A DNA stretch of 64,000 nt from Ranitomeya imitator. Lineage: Eukaryota. The position numbers and the translations under genes are program-made. Under the pieces are notes generated by a model, which was not told where the DNA came from, did not search any database, and saw only the letters and a program-made list of their open reading frames with translations. This document shows, in pieces, positions 13,517-57,210 of this stretch (its first letter is position 1; each line of letters starts with the position of its first letter). The stretch is from the NCBI RefSeq assembly GCF_032444005.1, contig NC_091291.1:142290001-142354000 (forward strand). The letters run 5' to 3'.

Positions 13517-13745
13517 GAGGGATTATGTGACTGATCATAACGTATTTACAACCAAGTGGCTAGTAGGTCTATGAGGATTATACTCTGTATTGTGATCCCA
13601 GTTTTTCTTGTAGTCCAGGCGCTGGACTTGTTTTCAGTGTTTTTAAATTGTGTGTTGTTCAATAAAACGGTGTTTGTTTCCTGGTGATCCCTGACTATGT
13701 GCATATACTATTTTTGCTTTGTTGTATAGTTCACATTGATATGCA
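13517..13745 (+). repeat. Dispersed repeat copy B (inverted homologue of 6930-7121)
   Basis: See copy A. This copy carries an extra ~45-bp AATAAA-containing segment. Confidence 0.75.
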
Positions 13746-15125
13746 TTAGGCGATCCCGGTTCATTTAATTAGCAGTTGTTGCCCGCTTATATCTATATAT
13801 TTGATTGAGGATTGTACACAATGTCCCCCACACAAGAAAAATGTTCACGTTTCTTTCTCCCTGATCATCAGAAATCCATCTCCAGATGTTGGCGCTTTCC
13901 TATAAATCGTGTCTAGTCCCCATTATTTCCCCGTCCTGTGCTGTTATTAATCTGTTATCAGATTAATTTCCACTTCTGGACACTTTCGCCCAATTATCCA
14001 CAGAGGACTGCCTGCTCGGGGGAAATATCTCAGATCTGATAACCCCCAGATCTGTGACTGACACCACACAAAATATTAGAAAAAATAAAAATCAGGACCA
14101 AAATCCCACGCTGCCTGCCTCGTACAACAGACCCAGGTGGTTCCGCACAGACTTACATTGGGGGCTTCTGCTAAAGTCCAAGTGAGCGATTCTTACCATC
14201 ATAAGTGACAGACGGAGGCCGAGAACACCAACAAGGGGCACACAATGTAATCCCCCGGTCAGACACAGAATCACAGTGAACACACCACCACACTGCTGGG
14301 GGAACCCGACCGATTGTGGCAGCTCACACCATGGGCCGGGATACGCCATCACACCAACAGAGGTGCCCACACACCTCCGCCGGCCACCGAGACCGACCTT
14401 CATGGTGGCCCGAGTGTGTCAGACCAGGGAGCAGCCATTAAGCTTGTGTTCCCCCCCACAGAGAAGAAATCCAGCAGTAAGGCCGGGAGCACACGATCCA
14501 GAAGTAGCAGCGCATGTACACGGTCGTCTATTGAACGCAGGTGAATCCTCTGATCACTGAACTGTGCGGATTCACTGCATCCAATACATTCTATAGATGT
14601 ATTGCACCTTTCCAAGATAATGAGGCATGCTGCGGTCTGGAAAGTCGCGCCCCATGTTTGTCTCCGAGGGTGACCGCGGGCGTCTGTGGACGCATAGTGG
14701 AGATGGGATTTCTTGAAATCCCATCTACTGTGCTGTAACATCTGGACGCTGCGGGTTTAACACTGCATAAATACACAGCGTCAAACCCGCACATAACCAC
14801 GGGGTCTTAGGGTATCTCGCCATGGCTCATGGCTGCCATCTCCTTGTGTGTAAAGTGCCGCAATAAGTCTCACAACAAACTTACAATAGGGCTGGGTCGG
14901 CGGGTCTGTAATGTAAAAGCAAAAGGCTGCTTTCCCACCTCCCTGTCCAATTACCATAACACCCATGTACAGGCCCACCCCCCCATTGTTTCCTTGCCTC
15001 CTCTGTAGACAATCTGGCACCTGAATTATGCCTACCTTAGTCCCCCACTACAGTACATCTCTCCGGGGAGGGGGGTCACATGGTTCTCTTTAGGACATGT
15101 TCACATGCCGAGTAATCATCTGTAA

Positions 15126-15563
15126 AGGTACCGTCACACTCAGCAACGCTGCAGCGATATAGACATCGAGCCAATCGCTGGAGCGTCGCTGTTTAGGTCG
15201 CTGTAGAGACGTCAAACACAGCAACTCCAGAACGATGCAGGAGCGATCCAGTGACGTAACGGCGACTCACTTCTCGTTCTCGCTGTTTGTTAGCTCCATG
15301 TCAAACAGCCGGAGTGTACCGATCCGACACATCTAGGGGCCCTATGCTCGTTGCTGGCGTCGTTGCTTTTGATGTCAAACATGACGATACACGCCGACCT
15401 GGCGACGAAATAAAGTTCTGGACTTCTAGCTCTGACCAGCGATGGCACAGCGGGATCCAGATCGCTGCTGCGTGTCAAACACAACGATATCGCTATCCAG
15501 GACGCTGCAACGTCACGGATTATTGTCGTTCTCTTTGCAAAGTTGCTGAGTGTGACGGTAGTC
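15126..15563. mobile_element. PIF/Harbinger-type MITE
   Basis: TIRs GGTACCGTCACACTCAGC / GCTGAGTGTGACGGTA, left flank TAA; same family as 39698-40357. Confidence 0.75.
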
Positions 15564-15596
15564 TACTGGCAAAAAAGTTGTACAGACATACAGTGC

Positions 15597-16590
15597 CTCC
15601 CGCCAGCAGCACAGAGCTTGCCCGCCACCCCTGACAGCATCATAGAGCTCGCCCGCCACCCCTGACAGCGGCACAGAGCTCGCCCGCCACCCCTGACAGC
15701 GGCACAGAGCTCTCCCGCCACCCCTGACAGCGGCACAGAGCTCGCCTGCCACCCCTGACAGCAGCACAGAGCTCTCCCGCCACCCCTGACAGCGGCACAG
15801 AGCTCGCCTGCCACCCCTGACAGCGGCACAGAGCTCGCCTGCCACCCCTGACAGCGGCACAGAGCTCTCCCGCCACCCCTGACAGCGGCACAGAGCTCGC
15901 CTGCCACCCCTGACAGCGGCACAGAGCTCGTCTGCCACCCCTGACAGCGGCACAGAGCTCTCCCGCCAGCAGCACAGAGCTTGCCCGCCACCCCTGACAG
16001 CATCATAGAGCTCGCCCGCCACCCCTGACAGCGGCACAGAGCTCGCCCGCCACCTCTGACAGCGGCACAGAGCTCGCCTGCCACCCCTGACAGCGGCACA
16101 GAGCTCTCCCGCCACCCCTGACAGTGGCACAGAGCTCTCCCGCCACCCCTGACAGCGGCACAGAGCTCGCCTGCCACCCCTGACAGCGGCACAGAGCTCG
16201 TCTGCCACCCCTGACAGCGGCACAGAGCTCTCCCGCCAGCAGCACAGAGCTTGCCCGCCACCCCTGACAGCATCATAGAGCTCGCCCGCCACCCCTGACA
16301 GCGGCACAGAGCTCGCCCGCCACCCCTGACAGCGGCACAGAGCTCTCCCGCCACCCCTGACAGCGGCACAGAGCTCGCCTGCCACCCCTGACAGCGGCAC
16401 AGAGCTCTCCCGCCACCCCTGACAGCGGCACAGAGCTCGCCTGCCACCCCTGACAGCGGCACAGAGCTCTCCCGCCACCCCTGACAGCGGCACAGAGCTC
16501 TCCCGCCACCCCTGACAGCGGCACAGAGCTCGCCTGCCACCCCTGACAGCGGCACAGAGCTCGTCTGCCACCCCTGACAGCGGCACAGAG
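15597..16590. repeat. 31-bp GC-rich minisatellite (GCCCGCCACCCCTGACAGCGGCACAGAGCTC)n with three higher-order blocks
   Basis: Direct periodicity. The variant block CCCGCCAGCAGCACAGAGCTTGCCC...CAGCATCATAG recurs near 15600, 15960 and 16230. Confidence 0.96.
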
Positions 16591-18157
16591 CCCCCACATT
16601 CAGGTGTGGTGAAAAAAAGCAAGAAACAAAAACCCAATAAATCACTGACTTTGCTTTTCTTCCTTCTCATTCTTGGATAAACGGCGGTGGGTTCCACCAG
16701 ACCCCCATCGCAGCCCTGCACCTGTATATAACCTGGGGATGAGCGAGCGAGCGAGTTTCCTGATCCATGTGGGGTAAATAACAGACTTTTCCTCTCGACC
16801 GCGATCTTCCCTTCGTCAGGACCTGTCCGCTCAGGGTGTGAAGTAATGTTACAATCGCCTTGTAGTGGGTGGTGGGGTGATCATCTGCACAGCGATGAAG
16901 AGGGGCCCAGAACCAGAACTTCACTCTATGGGTTTATCTTTGCTGTGACCCCAATATCATGAAGGGCGTAAACCTGCGCAGGAATAAGCAACATGAACGG
17001 CCCCACGTCCTCTCTGTGGAGGACTTTCAGACTTGTGGGGCTACAGGCTCTGAGTTCAGGGGGCTTTTACCAGTCCTTTCTCGGCAGCAGCTGTGATTTC
17101 AGTGAGGACATTCAGCTCAGAAAAGACTTATAACCCCCGAGGCAAATATCTGAGTGCTCACATCACTCTAGGGTTACACGTATACATCTATGTGTACGAT
17201 CTCCCATAAACCATGTCCTTATTATTATTTGTGCCGCCCAATACTGTACACCAGTGCGATTTCTGACCATGCTCAGCTTTATCCAGCCGGCGCCATCCCA
17301 GAATTTGCGTTTTGCAGGGTTGTACCGAACAAGTAACACTGATGTGGATTTGCACACGAGCTGATGACAGCGGCAATAAACTTGAGGCGTTTTTGTTTTT
17401 TATGCATGTACTAAAATGTTATGAGTGCAATTTAATTATTATATTGGTATAATGAGCTTCCTTTATTAATTGGGGCCGATCCCTGGCCGTGATGGATGCA
17501 AACAATCTCCGGTGTTTACATCACAAGAACATGGTGTGAAACATCACAACTACACAGAATCACTCACCTGAATCAAAGAATCGGGCTGGGAGCTGGAAAA
17601 GCTGAAAAAATACAAAGGACACCGGATTAGGAAAGGAAGTCATTCCTCAATAACGGGATCGGAGAGATGGAATATACAGGGAATCTTCAGGTCTCCGCTC
17701 AGATTAGTTAAAATTCACATATAACAAAATTATAGATTCACAACCTTCAATTCAAACCCATCCAGACTTGGTCCTGCTCACAAAGCTGGAGCTTCCCATA
17801 GCAGCAAAACAGTAAACAGGTTGTGTAAAGAATGTCGCTACGGTCAAACATGCACCCCCCTCCGCTCCACTGACTACCTATGGGACTATGCTGCTCCCAT
17901 AGAAAATGCATGTCTGACCTTGCTCTATCCAGACTCTGCCAAGCCCCATTCTTGAGATCGGGGGGTGCCAGCAGTCGGACCTCCCAGCGATCCCCTATGG
18001 GATAACTTCTAATCTTGGCACCAGTACAGTGCTGTGGGCAGTAATAGCACACGAGGGATATAAACATTCAGGGCTCCCGTTCACCCACAGCAAGCAGAGA
18101 TCATGAAATGGAGACAGTGATTGACCTTCATGTATATAATACCCTCTGCAGGATATA

Positions 18158-19619
18158 CAGTGGTATGTAAAAGTTTGTGCGCGCCTAGTCAAAATTACTG
18201 TTATTGTTAACAGTTCAGCAAACTGAAGATGAAATGATCTAAAAGGCCTAAAGTTAACCCCTTAATGACCGCCAATACGTCTTTTAACTGACCTGAGATA
18301 TAAGAGAATAGCCTCCCCATACAGATGACAATCCATCATCTGTCGGCTGTACACTATAGCTGACAACTTGCTGTATCAGCCACGATCAGTATTTGCACCG
18401 TACATCTGTTTAACCCCTTAGATGCTGCTGTCAATAGTGACTACATCATTATAAATGGTTAACAGAGTGTGGGGGCTTCTTCTTTATCCCAATTGGTGCC
18501 CTCAGATCATGATTTTGTTGTCCTGATGTTTGCGATGGCAATTCATGACCAAATAGCGGCCTTAGAGTCTGCCGGCTATAGTAATCTGTTTAGAAGTTAG
18601 CAACATTTAGGTGGTAAAAATGCACATTTTCATTTCTGTCATGCCATTTTGCATTAATTCCTGTAAAGCACCTGAAGGGTTAATAAACTACCTGACAGCA
18701 GTTTTCAATATGTTTAGGGGTGCTGTTTTTAAAATGGTATCACGTTTGGGGGTTTCCCAATATATGGGACCCCTAAAGTCACTTTAAACATGGATAAGCC
18801 CTAAAAAAAATAAATGTGGTAAATTTCTTTGAAAAAATGAAAAATTGCTGCTACATTTTTAAACCTCCTAAAATGCTAACAAAATAAAATAACATTTTAC
18901 AAATGGTGCTGATGTAAAGCAGACATGTGGGAAATGTTATTTATTAATGGTTTGCTGTTGTATGACTATCTGGATTAAAGGGATAATCATTCAAATTTAG
19001 AAAATTGCTAATTTTTTAACATTTTTCTCAAATTTTTTTATATTTTTTATAAATAAACACAAAAAATGTTGAACTAAATTTACCATTATCATAAAGTATA
19101 ATGTGTCACGAAAAAACAATCTCAAAATCACTGGGATTTGTTGAAGCGTTGCAGAGTTATTACCACATAAAGTGACACTGGTCAGATTTCAAAAATTTGG
19201 CTCGGTCACTAAGGGGTTAAACATGACACATTTCCTTTGTATTTTAGGCAAACTAAATTTTTTCTTCATCTTTAACATTTTAAAAACTACAAAAAGAAAA
19301 ATGGGACAATGCAAAAGTTTGGGCACCCTTGGAGATTTGTGTGGTCAGATAACTTTGACCAAGGTTTCAGACTTTAATAATACTGTTAGGGTTATGGCTT
19401 GTTCACTATCCTCATTAGGAAAGGTCGGGTGATGCAGATTTCCAAGCTTTATAAAAACCCGACCTCCTCTAACCTTGTGGTAAAAACAGCAGCCATGGCT
19501 CCTTCCAAGCAGCTGCCGAGCACTCTGAAAATGGTGGAGGCCAACAAAGCAGGAGAAGGTTATAAGAAGACAGCAAAGAGTTTTCAAGTTGCCCCTTCCT
19601 CAGTTCTAAATGTAATTAA
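18158..19619 (+). mobile_element. Left part of a Tc1/mariner (IR/DR-type) element with a decayed transposase N-terminus; interrupted by a piggyBac-like MITE
   Basis: TA|CAGTGGTATGTAAAAGTTTG terminus, inner direct repeat GCAAAAGTTTGGGCACCC near 19310, and MAPSKQLPSTLKMVEANKAGEGYKKTAKSFQVAPSSVLNVIK (Tc1 HTH-like). Confidence 0.85.
18258..19216. mobile_element. piggyBac-like non-autonomous element (~960 bp), copy 1
   Basis: TTAA|CCCCTTAATGACC ... GGTCACTAAGGGG|TTAA; near-identical to 34453-35414; no transposase ORF. Confidence 0.9.
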
Positions 19620-20030
19620 AGGGCCACTGTCACCCCCTTCAGCCGTTATAAACTAAAAGAGCCACCTTGTGCAGCAGTAATGCTGCATTCTAACAAGGTG
19701 GCTCTTTTAGGTTCAAGTATACCCCAAATAAAGCGTTTTTATACTTAGCCACAATTCCTGTCTCTAGCCAGGGAGACGGGTCCTCACTCCCCAGCTCTAA
19801 CCGCTCCTCTGCCGTCACTCCAATCTTCCTGCGCCGCCCCCTCAGCGCTGTGTACGTTTCAAAACCGGCGCCTGCGCAGTGTACTGCAGTGGTGCGCAGA
19901 CGCAGTAAGCTCTGGCCGTCTGACGTCCCAGCCAGGCTTGCAGACTGCGCCTGCGCGGGCATTGCGGCCAGCCACCTTTGGAATCCCCGCCCCGCACTGT
20001 GTTATGCATTATGCACAGTGCTCAACACTG
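19620..20030. mobile_element. Kolobok/T2-type MITE, left half only
   Basis: TTAA|AGGGCCACTGTCACCC terminus cutting the Tc1 transposase frame, with a CpG-rich TGCGCA-containing interior typical of this family; no right terminus found. Confidence 0.65.
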
Positions 20031-20035
20031 CATCC

Positions 20036-20285
20036 CAGCAGCTTAGTGGTTAGCACACTATTGCTTTGCAGCGCTGGGTTCCTGGGTATAAATCCCATCA
20101 AGGACAACATCTGCAAGGAGTCTGTATTTTTTCCCCGTGTTTCGTGGGTTTCCCCTGGGTTTTCCGGTTTCCTCCCACACTCCAAGGACATACTGATAGG
20201 TTTAGATTGTGAGCTCCAATGGGGACAGTGTAATGACTGTAAAGCGCTGTGGAATTAATGGCGCTATATAAGTAAAATAAAAAAA
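20036..20285 (+). mobile_element. tRNA-derived SINE with a V-SINE-like core and an L2-derived tail
   Basis: A-box-like TAGTGGTTAG, degenerate B box, core CCCCGTGTTTCGTGGGTTTCCCCTGGGTTTTCCGGTTTCCTCCCACACTCCAA, tail TGTAAAGCGCTGTGGAATTAATGGCGCTATATAAG plus A-rich end. Confidence 0.85.
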
Positions 20286-21152
20286 ATTTAAACTGGAGAG
20301 AACATTACGGTGCGACCACATACAAGTCCTCAGCAATATCTGCCTGTTTTATTTGCCCCCTTTGACATGGCTCAGAAGCAAATTTCTGCTAAATGGAAAG
20401 GAGATACCGTAAATCAACTGTGAAAATCCAAAAACACAAAGTAACATATTCTGAACTTTAAACATCTGCGCCGCAGGTCACTTTCCGTGCAGAAACTTTC
20501 TGTAGTGTGTGAACGAGCTTTGTAAAATCTCGTACATCTGTAGTCTGCTGATTTAATCCGCAGTGATATCACCTGTGCAAATCATCTAATATGAGTGAAC
20601 AATGGAGCAGCTTTCCCCTGGGATCCTGACTGACGTCGCTGCCGCCCCGGACGGATAACGGACACTATATCCTATATAACGGTGCAGTCAGGAAATATTC
20701 ACATCTGCCCCCTAGTGGAGAAATGTAGCAGCACAGACACTGGAAGAATACTAAGTACGTTTAGTCATTTATTCTGCATTGAACGTATCTGGTGCCTGAA
20801 ATCTCCAACACATTTGTCGTGGAACAACAAACAACACAAATACAGAAGAAAAAATTGGGGTCACCGAGTAGTCTCTACGGTTTTCCTTTGTGCACTAGCT
20901 GCGTTAATAGGTTTCTCCCTGTGCAACTTGATATATTTGTGCTTATAATGTTATTACTACCAACTCCTGACATCCAGCAGGCGGCATCGGCAGCCATTAT
21001 TCCAGCACACTGTGATGGGCGCCATCATGACTATAACACCAGCGTCTGTGACCAGATTCTCATGTGCTGAAATACTTTGACCTTAAATCCAGCAGCATTT
21101 ATTTCTCATTGGGCTTAATTCATAGCAAACAACAATTAATAATGAAATTTAA

Positions 21153-21215
21153 AGGGTTTGTCCCTGCAGAGAAGAGTAGATGTGAGATGAAGTGAGAGGG
21201 TAGTGGACATTCCCT
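21153..21215. mobile_element. Minimal 63-bp Kolobok/T2-like element
   Basis: TTAA|AGGGTTTGTCC ... GGACATTCCCT|TTAA. Confidence 0.6.
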
Positions 21216-21710
21216 TTAAAGCTTGGGCCTTTGGGCTTGTGTTGTGATCCACTACTGTTACCAAAAGTCCAAAAAATACTAGACTTGGTGACGTGCACTT
21301 TACAAAAATATCTAAGGAGGCACAAAGTGTCTAAAACCCTATGTAATTGCAGCAAACAGCAGAACGGTCACTGAATTCTGGCACATCTTAGTTAGTAACT
21401 CAGCCATATTGCGTTTCAGTTTTGCACCATTCTCAGTACCTCCGCTTCAGGTCACTGGATGGAATTATTCTTATCTACACCCAGAGGCTAAAAGACTGAC
21501 CACAAATGCAGGGCTCTCCAGAGTTTTCATGCGCTGTGGGTGAGCTGGTTCATTTTCTCTTATTGCGTTAGATGGACTTTATAACTTTAAAACAGATTTT
21601 TCAGGCTGTTTAAAAAAAAAAAAACGTATGGCAGAGGACTTGAAACAAAGGTTGGAATTTCACACTGTTTCCATTTGTGGTTTCTGTACTTCTGTTGGAG
21701 TTAATTTACC

Positions 21711-21762
21711 TTTATTTTTTGTGGACAGTTTATTTTTGCTGCCGTTTTGAGATCAATTTATT
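21711..21762 (-). terminator. Candidate CCDC15 polyadenylation signals
   Basis: Three minus-strand AATAAA hexamers (21711-16, 21729-34, 21757-62), about 430-480 nt past the stop codon; the region is AT-rich so chance is possible. Confidence 0.4.
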
Positions 21763-22193
21763 CTTTGTGACTTGGAAAAAGTTTTTTAATCTTTACGTTT
21801 TCATAATTTAGTTCAACAAGAAAAATAGTCACAAACTAATAAAAAAAACAACCAAACAGATTAATATCTGCACAAAAAACATTTATCTCATGGTAAATCC
21901 CCCCAGAGATTTTCTGCATACACGTATAGAACTGTGTATGCATAAGTCCTGCAAGTGATCAGCCCGGCACACAACACACCGTCGCTTCCCTGGCGGCATG
22001 CTGCAGGAACTGCCACTGCAGAACATCTTAAGTCATTTATCAAAAGCTAAAGTGTAAAATACGTATGCCGTAGGTCAGCACAAATGGCGACCCTCATGCC
22101 TGAATCCTTGGTGTTGGAGGATACGGATTAATAACTCCTTGTCCTCCTCCACTCCCAAACTTCAAGCTCTTGCATCCAGCAGAGATCTGTGCA

Positions 22194-53992
<31,799 letters not shown>

Positions 53993-54011
53993 TCAAACTG
54001 CCGCGTCTAGA

Positions 54012-54138
54012 ATCTCCATGACAACCGCTTCAACTTCCGGAACTGAGGAAACTGTGAATGACAGAAAGTCTGACCAATAGTATAAGTCCGCTCATCTGTG
54101 TAGTCAGGTGAAATATGTACCGCGCGCTCTGATTGGTT
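54012..54138 (-). promoter_or_regulatory. CCDC15 promoter: RFX X-box-like site, ETS site and two CCAAT boxes
   Basis: Minus-strand GTTGTCATGGAGAT (54012-54025), CCGGAAGT within the palindrome TTCCGGAA (54033-54044), GACCAATAG (54072-54080) and CTGATTGGTT (54129-54138). Confidence 0.65.
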
Positions 54139-54169
54139 AGTAGAACCCCTCATGGTATCAGAGTGCAGC

Positions 54170-55985
54170 GTGACATACTGTCTGCTGAGCCGTGTATCTA
54201 ATCCTATCCTGTGAGATCCTGTCTGCTGAGCCGTGTATCTAATCCTCTCCTGTGTGATACTGACTGCTGAGCCGTGTATCTAATCCTCTCCTGTGTGATA
54301 CTGTCTGCTGAGCCGTGTATCTAATCCTACCCTGTGTGATACTGTCTGCTGAGCTGTGTATCTAATCCTCTCCTGTGTGATACTGTCTGCTGAGCCGTGT
54401 ATCTAATCCTCTCCTGTGTGATACGGTCTGCTGAGCCGTGTATCTAATCCTATCCTGTGTGATACTGACTGCTGAGCCGTGTATCTAATCCTATCCTGTG
54501 TGATACTGACTGCTGAGCCGTGTATCTAATCCTATCCTGTGTGATACTGACTGCTGAGCCGTGTATCTAATCCTCTCCTGTGTGATACTGACTGCTGAGC
54601 CATGTATCTAATCCTCTCCTGTGTGATACTGTCTGCTGAGCCGTGTATCTAATCCTCTCCTGTGTGATACTGACTGCTGAGCCGTGTATCTAATCCTATC
54701 CTGTGTGATACTGACTGCTGAGCCGTGTATCTAATCCTATCCTGTGTGATACTGACTGCTGAGCCGTGTATCTAATCCTATCCTGTGTGATACTGACTGC
54801 TGAGCCGTGTATCTAATCCTCTCCTGTGTGATACTGACTGCTGAGCCATGTATCTAATCCTCTCCTGTGTGATACTGTCTGCTGAGCCGTGTATCTAATC
54901 CTCTCCTGTGTGATACTGACTGCTGAGCCGTGTATCTAATCCTATCCTGTGTGATACTGACTGCTGAGCCGTGTATCTAATCCTCTCCTGTGTGATACTG
55001 ACTGCTGAGCCATGTATCTAATCCTCTCCTGTGTGATACTGACTGCTGAGCCGTGTATCTAATCCTCTCCTGTGTGATACTGTCTGCTGAGCCGTGTATC
55101 TAATCCTCTCCTGTGTGATACTGACTGCTGAGCCGTGTATCTAATCCTCTCCTGTGTGATACTGTCTGCTGAGCTGTGTATCTAATCCTCTCCTGTGTGA
55201 TACTGTCTGCTGAGCCGTGTATCTAATCCTATCCTGTGTGATACTGACTGCTGAGCCGTGTATCTAATCCTATCCTGTGTGATACTGACTGCTCAGCCGT
55301 GTATCTCATCCTCTCCTGTGTGATACTGTCTGCTGAGCCGTGTATCTAATCCTATCCTGTGTGATACTGTATGCTGAGCCGTGTATCTAATCCTCTCCTG
55401 TGTGATACTGTCTGCTGAGCCGTGTATCTAATCCTCTCCTGTGTGATACTGTCTGCTGAGCCGTGTATCTAATCCTATCCTGTGTGATACTGTCTGCTGA
55501 GCCGTGTATCTAATCCTATCCTGTGAGATCCTGTCTGCTGAGCCGTGTATCTAATCCTCTCCTGTGTGATACTGTCTGCTGAGCCGTGTATCTAATCCTC
55601 TCCTGTGTGATACTGTATGCTGAGCTGTATCTAATCCTATCCTGTGTGATACTACTGCTGAGCTGTGTATCTAATCCTCTCCTGTGTGATACAGTCTGCT
55701 GAGCCATGTATCTCATCCTATCCTGTGTGATACTGTCTGCTGAGCCATGTATCTAATCCTATCCTGTGTGATACTGTCTGCTGAGCTGTATCTAATCCTA
55801 TCCTGTGTGATACTGACTGCTGGGCTTTGTATCTAATCCTCTCCTGTGTGATACTGCTGAGCCACATATCTAATCCTCTCCTGTGTGATACTGTCCTGTG
55901 CGATACTGACTGCTGAGCGTTGTATCTAATCTTATCCTGTGTGATACTGCCTGCTGGGCTGTGTATCTAATCCCATTGTGTGATA
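54170..55985. repeat. 41-bp minisatellite (CTGCTGAGCCGTGTATCTAATCCTCTCCTGTGTGATACTGA)n, about 44 copies
   Basis: Direct periodicity, degenerating at both ends. Confidence 0.97.
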
Positions 55986-56559
55986 CAGCTGATTTGTGTA
56001 TCTAAGTGGTATGTTGTGGAACCTGTGGCACAGAGTGTTTCAGGAATTGAAGCATGTAAGGGTTAAGTCTGAGTGTGATGGGTACAGTCAGCCACACCAG
56101 GGGGTGTCCTGCTCCTGGGGGTACATTGTGCGCTGGTTCTGGGACAGGATCCAGTGCTGCCATCGATCTCCCGTCTTCTCTGTTCTCAGCGTTCTGTGAG
56201 TGTTTCCCAGACATCAATCACTGGTGACGGACATTGCTTGTTTGGGGCCACTTGTGACTTTTGTGTTTGTTTTTCCTGGTGATGTAAAGTCCCCCAGTGA
56301 TTCATGAATATCCATCAGCGGTGCATCCACACTGTCCAGGACAGAAGCCTTGTCCCCAGGGGGCTTCAGGAGCACCCAAAAATGGGCACATTCAGCCGAG
56401 CGTTTGTTACATCCCATCTCCTTTGCATTCCGGTTCCAAGGATTTAAAATGTGGACTGTTGTGTAGTGAGTCCATCCCTGGTTCATGTTCTGCTGCACTG
56501 GGGGTCCCCTATTCATACCTGTAGTGGTGGCTTTGAGTCTCAGGGCAAAATCTGTGGTG

Positions 56560-57210
56560 GACCTCCCATACCACGTGCTAATTAAGTAATGAATTAAGAA
56601 GACTAGAGAGATCATGTGGGAGGATCCTTTTATGTTCATGACATTAGATGTATTGGCCCTTACATTCTAATATCAACCATGAATTGGGTCTCCAAGCTGT
56701 AGATCACTACCTGACAACGGACTGTAATATTAATTATGCACAGAAATGGTTTCTATTTAATGGTCTCGAGTTTATATATATATAACACCATTCTCCTTGC
56801 AGGGAAATTTAAACCTGCAGCGACATGGTACAGCGATGGGGTCTCTGCTCGCCCCAAGTTCTGCTAATCTCTTCATGGGGCGATTCGAGTGCCTATCACC
56901 TATCACATCTGAATATTACTGCAACCGTATTAAATATTGTCAAATCAGAGGGGGATATCTTTACTACATATATTTCTGATGAAAGAATTACATTTCTTGA
57001 TTTGGAGTTATTCCATGCTAATAAGGCAGCAATGTCCAAAACACATCTTACGTCTGTAGATGGAAATGGACATTTGGACTTATATAGTGAACATTTCCAA
57101 TAGTGGAAAATAAATATTCCTCTTAGTCAATTTTACGATATCAGGAGAAATTGTACTTCAACAGAAGATGATGTGATTCTATCCAAAATAATCAGAAAAT
57201 GCTTCTATGG
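56560..57210 (+). pseudogene. Decayed Penelope-like (GIY-YIG class) reverse transcriptase fragment
   Basis: Broken frames give MTLDV..YSNINHELGLQAV, LQRHGTAMGSLLAPSSANLFMGRFE, TFLDLEL and KNNIPLSQF..IRRNCTS, which are typical PLE RT/thumb motifs. Confidence 0.88.

Noticed and set aside
14092-14560. GC-rich ORFs with nearby GTAAG donors
   Set aside because: No recognisable homology and no consistent exon chain; possibly a retroelement relic that I cannot assign.
15513-16721. 402-aa and 360-aa repetitive ORFs
   Set aside because: Frame-cycling products of the 31-bp array.
17355-17400. CTGATGA motif as another hammerhead
   Set aside because: No GAAA core and no enclosing stem I could be found.
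20036-20110. Possible tRNA gene
   Set aside because: The B box is degenerate, no cloverleaf is evident, and it continues into a SINE core and L2 tail.
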